DNA of 64,000 bases, taken from assembly GCF_902459465.1 (NCBI RefSeq), contig NC_047068.1, positions 19,406,001-19,470,000 on the forward strand, given 5' to 3'. Source of the DNA: Asterias rubens. Lineage: Eukaryota. Under the pieces are notes generated by a model, which worked only from the letters and a program-made list of their open reading frames with translations, did not search any database and was not told the DNA's origin. The number at the start of each line of letters is the position of its first letter. Position 1 is the stretch's first letter. Both the position numbers and the translations under genes were made by a program. Shown piece after piece: positions 22,694 to 31,100 of this stretch.

Positions 22694-25497
22694 CAGTCGA
22701 CTCCCGTTATAACGAGGTCCGCCGGACTGGCCCATTTTCCTCGTATTATCCGAATCTCGTCTTAACCGGAGCGCGCTAAATATAGATACATACGTCTTCA
22801 CTGTGCATGCACACAACACGTGTACATGTACATGTACGTGCATATACACTTGTGTTAGCCTGCGCGGAGCTGTTTGCTTATCAGAACAGCCATTACGAGC
22901 ATCTTGTACACAAGAATATCATTGCTAAATGTCTTATATTGAGTGATTAATCAGGGAAATGTAATATTTGGTACAATTTATGATAACAATATACCAAAGA
23001 GATGTCAACTTGCCGTCCAGAGCGAGTGGATTCTGCCCCGTAGCGCATGGTATGAACATGATGCATGCACTGAACGTTCATTTTCGTTGGTGATCGACAT
23101 GGAGTATCATGATAACAGCATGTCAAGCGTGGGACACCAGCGAGATGTTTCTGGAGTTAAGTTGCACATGGACTGAAGGAAGCTATTTGTGTACATGTAT
23201 CTGTGTCTTTTAAAATAATTTTATTTTTGATTATCAGTTACTTTGCCGTTTCCTTTTTTAATAATATTGTATTGTTTAATTTTTCAATTTCTCCTTTTAA
23301 TTCTTATTTCAGTATTTAATTCATTAAATATTTGTGTATCTGTGTCTTTTAAAATAATTTTATTTTTGATTATCTTTGCGTATCTGTGTCTTTTAAATCA
23401 TCTCTGTCTTTTCATTTGATTGAATTAATTATTCCGGAAGGGCAACCTTTGTTTTTCTCTCCTTTTAAAAATTAAATAATGGGGAAGGGCAACCTTTGTT
23501 TTCTCTTGGGGAAGGGCAACTTTTTTCTCTTTTTTTTTTTTTCTTTTTGGAAACGGGGAACCTTTATTCATTTAATCAGGACACGACATTGCATGAAATA
23601 AATCTCTTTTGTGTTGTGGTGGCTCTGAAAAGAGCCGGTTTGGTTAAATTTTTCTCCTCTACATCTGGAAGAAATCGGTGATCTTGCGCTGCGATTTGAC
23701 TTTATCCATCTTCTGTGCGAGGAAGGCACTCAGCACAGCCTGGGCAGCAAAGACTTCGCTGCTGGTGTCTTTCAGGCTGTACAGGAGGTCTTGCAGTTTG
23801 GGCATGGTGTCATGTGCCTCTCGAAGGGACATTGTTGGCTGTTGGTCACCATCATCTTCCTCCTCTATCTCCATCTCCTCTTCCTCTTCTTCTCCATTCA
23901 TCTCCACTGCTACTTGCTCCGCGATTTCAGCATCCGTCGGCTCATCCGTACACCGTACACCTGTGTCTGCGTTGAGATAATCGTTAAAAGAGACGGCGGG
24001 GAGATCGAGATGCCTGGCCATACGTTCCCAGATGTTGTCAGGTTGCGCCTCATCTTCACCCGTCTCCTCGTCTCCGTCTCCGTTCTCTCCATCGTCGTCA
24101 GTCTCTCCACCATCTTCGACAAACCCTGCTTTTGCAAAGCACTTCCCAATTGACACCGGTTTCACGTTTTTCCATGCTTCAAAAAGCATTTAAATTGCCT
24201 GCTTAACGTCAATAGGTTTGGGAGTTTCACCTGAGTCATAGCTGTGAAGGAGACTTTTCACTAAATGCTTCCGATAGTGAACTTTCATGTTCATGATGAC
24301 ACCTTGGTCCATGGGTTGAAGATGGGAAGTCGTGTTTGGAGGTAGGAATTGCAGAGTGATGGCCTGAAGGTTTTGAACTTTTGGATGAGCCGCGCAGTTG
24401 TCCACGAACAGAAGAACCTTGCGACTTTGGCGGGAAAACTTTCGATCCAAACGCCGGACCCATTCGGTGAAAAGATCTGAGACCATCCATGCCTTTCGGT
24501 TGGCCCGATATGTCACCGGAAGAGATTGAACATTCTTGAAGCAGCGTGGGTTCTTGAACTTCCCGATGACAAGTGGCTTGAGCTTCTCGGAACCATCCAT
24601 GTTGGAACACAGCATCACCGTCATCCGCTCCTTACTCTGCTTGCCACCATGACACTGTTCACCTTTAAATGACAAAGTCTTGTCTGGAGTGAGGCGGTAA
24701 AAAAGACCAGTCTCGTCAGCGTTGAAAATATCCTTGGCTTCGTAGCCACGGATGATGCCGGGAAGGGTTTCTTTCAGCCAGGTCGTGAGAGATGTCGGGT
24801 CAACACTGGCACTTTCCCCGCAGATCTGCTTGTGTAGAATGCCGTGCCGCTCTTTAAATCGGGAAAGCCAACCCGAGCTTGCTTGGAAGTTCCCGTGCCC
24901 CAACATCTCGGACAGCCGCTCTGCTTTTTCGCGAAGGAGAAGTCCGTTGACGGGAAGATTTTTGGCGCGCATCCCTTGAAACCACCGTAGGAGTGCCTCC
25001 TCAACATCTTCCAGCAAAGCAGTGCGGCATCTTTTTCTTGACGGTTGAAACTTCGACGACTCAAATCTTGACTTGATGTCATCTCGGTTCTTCAAAATGG
25101 TTGACAGTGTACTTGAGACGATGGCGTACTGGCGACCGACCTCTGCTTTCTTTGCCCCCGCATCCACAGCCCGGATGATCTCCATCTTGGTATCGAGGGT
25201 AAGACACTTACGCTTGGTTTTGATGCTAGCCATTTTCTTTTACGAATGTGGCAGTTACAGTTACGATGAACGTATGAGAGATGGTCCCAAAATGTACCCC
25301 TTTTTATAATCATTTGATGCGGTAAATTGTTTGAAGTGCAACTCACTCAGGAGGGGGTTTTAGAAAATCTTTTGTTTGGGCTATTTTTAATTGAAAAAGG
25401 GGCTCTACTAAAAAAAGAACTCGAACAGCGGTGACGTTTTTGAAGTTTTGCATGGATGATACGAGCAAGGATTAATCATTAGAACCCCTACATACTG
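22694..25497 (-). mobile_element. Tigger/pogo-family DNA transposon
   Basis: TA followed by TIR CAGTCGACTCCCGTTATAACGAGG at 22692-22717; contains the transposase; no clean matching TIR at the other end. Confidence 0.85.
23659..25233 (-). pseudogene. Tigger/pogo (CENP-B/TIGD4-like) transposase, 524 codons with one in-frame TAA at 24190-24192
   Basis: HTH-psq (RKCLTLDTKMEII), HTH-Tc5 (EEALLRWF..MRAKNLPVNGLLLREKA), DDE_1 triad (NADETGLF; FVDNCAAH; QPMDQGVI), acidic tail and C-terminal PIP-box QRKITDFF. The two track ORFs are in the same frame: ...QAI-TAA-ATG LFEAW. Confidence 0.92.
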
Positions 25498-27144
25498 CCG
25501 AGTGTAGTTATCTCTTTCTCAAAAACTATGTTACTTCAGAGGGAGCAGTTCCTCACAATGTTTTACACTACCAACAGCTCTCAAGTGCTTGTTAACAAGT
25601 AAGTTTTCATGCCAATACAAAAGTGTCCAGTGCCTTTAAAATAATGTACTTGGGAACCAAATTCCTGAGGAAAACTGTTGAACAATGCAACATAGTTAGT
25701 TTGTCTATTTGACAACAATTGCAACACTATTGTGACACAGAGACAAGCATGTCTTACTTTTTTTGGCAATTCATTTATTTCATAAATGATACAATATTCC
25801 AATCGGCATTATAATTCTTTCTCGATTAAAATAACTGAATGATTAATTGAGTTTCTATAATCTGTTCAATTTGGCAGTGGATAATTGTAATCGATGTTAA
25901 TTTAATTAGATAAAGGGACCTGTATATATTATGCATATGATCTCATTGAGTAGGGTCCGGTCAGCTACAGGTGACAGACGGTTGATTATTGGTCATCCTG
26001 CGGGCTGCATGTAGATGTGCGGTTTTCATTGTTTCATCAATGTTTAACCTCTAATATAGTGGCGTTATTATGACGTCAATATAGTCCTTTGTCAAGTTTT
26101 GCTTTTGTTGCTCTTAAGAGTTGTTTTTAGTACATTTTCTTCCAATAAAATAAAAAATCAGGTGCATTGGCAAAGTAATTTGAGAACCTTTAAAAGGTTA
26201 ACAAAAAAATAACAAGCTCTTCTCTAACACCACTACTTACAAAAGAGATGTTTACACGGTGTCACCGCAAACCTTACTTAATATAATATGCATTAAGCTA
26301 TGGCTAGGTATAATAAAACAACTTTTGAAGTTGTACTAACTATTATAAGGCCCAATGTCAGACAGAAAACAGTAATTGCTTAACTTGATTTAAAATCAAA
26401 AGGCAGCCTATATACATTTACATATGAATTTTTTTGTAAAAAACACAATTTCAGTACTCAATCAAACTACAAAAATAAGAAGATAACATACTTTTGAGTT
26501 ACAATATTAAAGAGTAGAGTTTCAATTCCACAAGAATCAGTAAAAAATATTTTGTAATTCTCAGGATTTCAATAGACCACATTTCTGCTAGTTTTTTCTT
26601 TAATAATTGAAAGACACTGGACACATTTGGTAATTATCAAAGACCAATTTTGCTCACTTGGTGTATCCCAACATCCAAACTAACAAACCTGTAAAAGTTT
26701 GGGCTCAATTGGTCAGCGAAGCTGCACAAAAATAATGAAAGAAAAAACGCCTTTGTTGCACAAATTTTCTATGCTTTCAGATGCATAATAAAATGCTTCA
26801 AGCCTGAAGTCTATTATTATTAAGAAATCACCACTTTCTCAAAAACTACTTTACTTCAGAGGGAGTCAGTTCTCTCAATGTTGTATCAACAGCTTTCCAT
26901 TGCTCGCTACCAAGTAAGAATTATGCTAACAATTATTTTGAGTAATTACAAATAGTGTTCAGTGCCTTTAAGCCCATTACATCACCTCGCACTACCATGT
27001 CAATGAGATGACACAACTTCATGTTATCAAACTGTTAAACATCTGGACGCTTTTTTTGATCATCCATTAAGCCTATGAGCAGTAAATTACTATTACCAAC
27101 CAAATATTAAAATGTGTTTGCTATTCCTTAAATGGAATATCAAG

Positions 27145-27552
27145 TAGGCCTGGGCGACTAGTAAAATTCACTCCTGAACTAGTTGCGCCTCAAATAGTTG
27201 CGACTACGACACTAGTCGCGACTTATTCTTAATTCCCAAGATGCATAGTGTTTGCAGCAGCCGCAATAATAGCAAAATTCATGTTGAAAGGATTGAAGGA
27301 TTGTGTCGTCGATGTCTGATTGTGTTTCATAAGTAAATTATGTTGGCGTGCAACAATTGGCTCACCATAGAGGTGTTCATGACTATTTTTTGTAGTAGAG
27401 CTACTACAAAAACAGTCTAAGCTCTTCGACTATTTTCGTAGTAGTCGTGGCAGCCAATTAACCGGGTAGTTGAAACACAGTAGTCGCAACTTGACTATAA
27501 AGCAATCAATAATCGTGACTTCAACACTAGCTGCACACGTCGCCCAGGCTTA
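27145..27552. mobile_element. hAT-type non-autonomous element
   Basis: TIRs TAGGCCTGGGCGA / TCGCCCAGGCTTA; 8-bp TSD ATATCAAG / ATACCAAG (7/8 match); internal ACTAG(T)/GACTA subrepeats. Confidence 0.75.
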
Positions 27553-28171
27553 ATACCAAGCTTTGACTAAAGCCTTGTGTCTTAGAAAAACAAGTTAAGT
27601 TACACTACTCAGCAAAATGTCTCTCTTTACTTACTTTATGTACAATGTAGAGTAAAAAAAGTAGTAGATTATTAAAAAGAAAAAACAAGCATCATCCACT
27701 AAAGTCTATTTCAGCAACAGTATCTCAAACTGTAATCTGTCACGGAAAATAACTATAGCTTAACTAAAGGAGATTTAATGAGCCATTATAGGACAATCTT
27801 TAAAAGAAGCACTAACAATTAAATGTCTTCTGGATTTAGTCCATGCTTGCATCAAGCGTATTTCCCAGGGCTAGCAGAGAATTTTTGCTTGTGCTCTTGT
27901 GTACTTCACTTTACTAGGCAATAGCACAGTTTCATAAAGCTGTTGAGCAGAAAATACTGCCTGACAAATTTCTTTGCTTAGCCAGTCACAACAATGCAAG
28001 CTTAATGTAATTTGGGCTGGTATACTTGCTGTGTTTAGCAAGTTGTTGTGCTAACAGGCTTTAAGGAACTTGGCCCTGGTTGTCATCTCTGTTGGATGTT
28101 AATATAAACAAAGTTTTGGAAGGACCATAATAAGTGAGTCTGATTTTGTTTTCTTTAAGACCAACCTTATA

Positions 28172-31100
28172 TTAAGCACAGCCAAGAACATTTGAGATTA
28201 CCACATCACCAGCAATAACGAACGTCTCAATGGTGGACAGATTAGGGATACGATGCTTGTAGGAGATGAAGTACTGGTTATCCACACGAACCTATGGAAT
28301 GGGATTATAGTTCAAAATTAATACTAGGTGACACACTACGATAAGAACTGTTCACACTACTCTATTCCCCGGAGGCAACCACCGGGAATAACAGCCAGCC
28401 TTTTCACACTTAGGGATCACTTACCCCCTGATCTACCCCGACAAATGAGCAACCATGAACCTCTGAGAATTAGCCTTTTTTTTTTTTAGATATGGTGGAA
28501 CCCCATGGAATAGGTCATTAGGCGGGGACAGTGTGAAAATGCGCTGGTTAACTGTGGGGTAAAAAACTCCTGGGGCCTCCCCAGGGTTGAGAGGCTTTCT
28601 CTGAATCGAGCCACTTCCGCTGCGGCTATAGCCAATGGCTGCAAGGACAACGGAAAGAATAGGACCTTTTGGTGTTACAGCCATAGCCACTGCTGAAGCC
28701 ATCAATTCCAACAAGGTCCAACATAGGAAAAGCCTGGGTAAGGATGTGACTGCCAAACATTCAGGACATAGCTTATGAATTAAACTTGGCCAAAACACAG
28801 TGGGAGACAGCTTTAGTTGTGATTGGTTTCCAGGCATGGAATTTTCAACTTTGAAAGGGCAAGGCCATTTTCATTTTTCAAAGGGCACATATTAAAGTCA
28901 ATGAGCAACTTTAGAAGGGGCACTATGGCCAAGCCAAGACCAGGGGCAACGGACGAGGTCGTGACCTCCGTGTAATATTCCAGTCCTGGGTTTTAGTTCA
29001 ACTGATTTGTCGACCTTCAGGGCTCCAACTAACCACTGGACCACTGGCAAGAGTTCAGTGAATGGAGCATTGGTACCGAGCTGTTGAATTTGATACTCAT
29101 CTTCAAGCAAGTACAACTCGGCCTCCCTAGGTCAGGGAAGTACTTGATATGAATATAAAACCCCTTACAAAAATTCTGCCTTTTCATTGGTTTAGAGCGC
29201 GTCACATGATGACATGTCTTAGTTTTACTAGAAACCTGGCGGCCGTGTGATAGTAGTTTGCCATGTAATAATCAACTATTCCATGGCACGCGCAGTTCCC
29301 AGACATCTTTCTTACCCACCTCAAACCCAATCGGTTTTGCATCTGTGTATCTGAAATGTGCGTACGAGGGTTACGTGTGCGATGATGATAAATAGTCTGT
29401 TGGGGTGCTATAAAACAAATATTGACTGCTTTTACTCGTGCTAATGGTTAAAACTATGGTTAATATTTGTATACTAGACAGTCGGGGCCCAATATCTTAA
29501 AGACTGTAAGCACAAAAACTTGCAAAGCACAGAATAGTACTGCTTAGGAGAAACAGGTAATACCAGCCAACATTCCATTAAAGTTTACATTGTTGAGGCT
29601 GGTGTCCCACTCATTTTGTGCCGAGCAAAAAAAGTTGGTCAAGCAGTGTTTTCTGCTAAACAGCTTCATAAAACTGGGCCCAGGTTGCAAAACATTTTCA
29701 CACCACTGAATACATCACAATTTAAAGGCACTGGACACGCTTGGTTGTCGTCAAAGACCAGTATTCTCACTTGGTGTATCCCAACTGATGCATAAAAAAA
29801 CAAACCTGTGAAAGTTTTGGTTAATTTTGGTCAACGAAGTTGCAAGAGATAAATGAAAGAAAAAACACCTTCATTACACAAACTTGTGTGCTTTCCCAGG
29901 ATGCATAATAATAGACTTCAACTAAAGTTTGTTATTATTTGATTGAGAAGTTACCCCTTTCTCAAAAACTACATTTGTACGTTACTTCAGAGGGAGCCCT
30001 TTCTCACAATTTTCTATACTATCAACAGCTCTCCACTGCTCGTTACCAAGTAAGTTTTTTATGCTAACAATCGGTTTGAGTAATAACTAATAGTGTCCAG
30101 TGCCTTTTACAAAAGTGAAAAATATTTGTAAAGTATACCTCGAACTTGTCCAGCAAACAAATAAATTCCAGCTTGAAAGGACGTCCAACCTTGAATGGAA
30201 ACTGTGGTCCGCCCCTTTCCTCTGAACCATACCGCCCCTTCATTCTGGAGTTACGAACCACCATAACAGGCCGAGTGAGTCGAGGGTTAAAATGCAGAGC
30301 AATGTCTCCTGTTTTACTGTTCTTATCAAGCTGAAAGTTGATGTGGAACCTGGAATATAAATGAAAAGTGAATCCCGGGTAATTGAAAAGATTGGATTTT
30401 TTAAATTCTGCTTTTAAAAACCAATATATTTGCAAAGCAAAAAATGAGTGGGGGACTAGTCACAACAATGCAAACTTAATGAAATGTTGGCTGTTAACCC
30501 TTTTTTGCTAAGTAAGATTTTCCTGTGCTTAGCAAGTTTTTGCGCTTACAGGCTTTATGAAAATTGGCCCAGAGCTTAACTTAATGGTTCTGCTTACTGT
30601 AAGTAAAGAATCAGCACTTACGGAACAGGAAATACCACACTTACGTCAAGTGTATTTACAGGTTGGCAGGTAATTTTTGCTAGTGTACTCCTTGTCACTA
30701 TGCATTCTTTGCTTACACAGAAATGAAGCTCTTGCCCCCCAATTGGGGATTGTAAGAATATAACTCTCCAGTTAGCAGAGCCATGGTACTGGGCACAGAT
30801 TTCTAGATATTTGCGATTTGAAATGCAAAAATCTTCAGTGTTATTGTTAAATTACTTCTCTAAAATTGTTGTGTAAAATCAAATGCACCCCATGTGACAG
30901 TGTTTCTGGCAACCAGAATACATAACAAGCAAGAGGTGTGTTATAATTTTACACTTGTGATCAACATTCATCTTCAACTTTCCAATGGCCCACGCACGAA
31001 TACTCGCTATGGTGATAGAGCATTCTCAGTAGCTGCACCAACTTGCTGGAACAAGCTCCATCTTCACATCCATGACTCATCCTCGATCAGGTCATTCAAG

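Larger units (their letters stand above)
22472..25639. mobile_element. Major TTAA MITE split in two (22472-22691 and about 25500-25639) by the Tigger insertion
   Basis: The left half ends ...CTTCAAGCATGGAATCTTTTAATGTTCAAG. The right half resumes ...TCTCTTTCTCAAAAACTATGTTACTTCAGAGGGAG...GTGTCCAGTGCCTTTAA, as in intact copies. Confidence 0.7.

Noticed and set aside
24190-24192. Programmed readthrough or selenocysteine in the transposase
   Set aside because: The codon is TAA, not TGA, and no readthrough context is apparent; a simple nonsense mutation is the more economical explanation.
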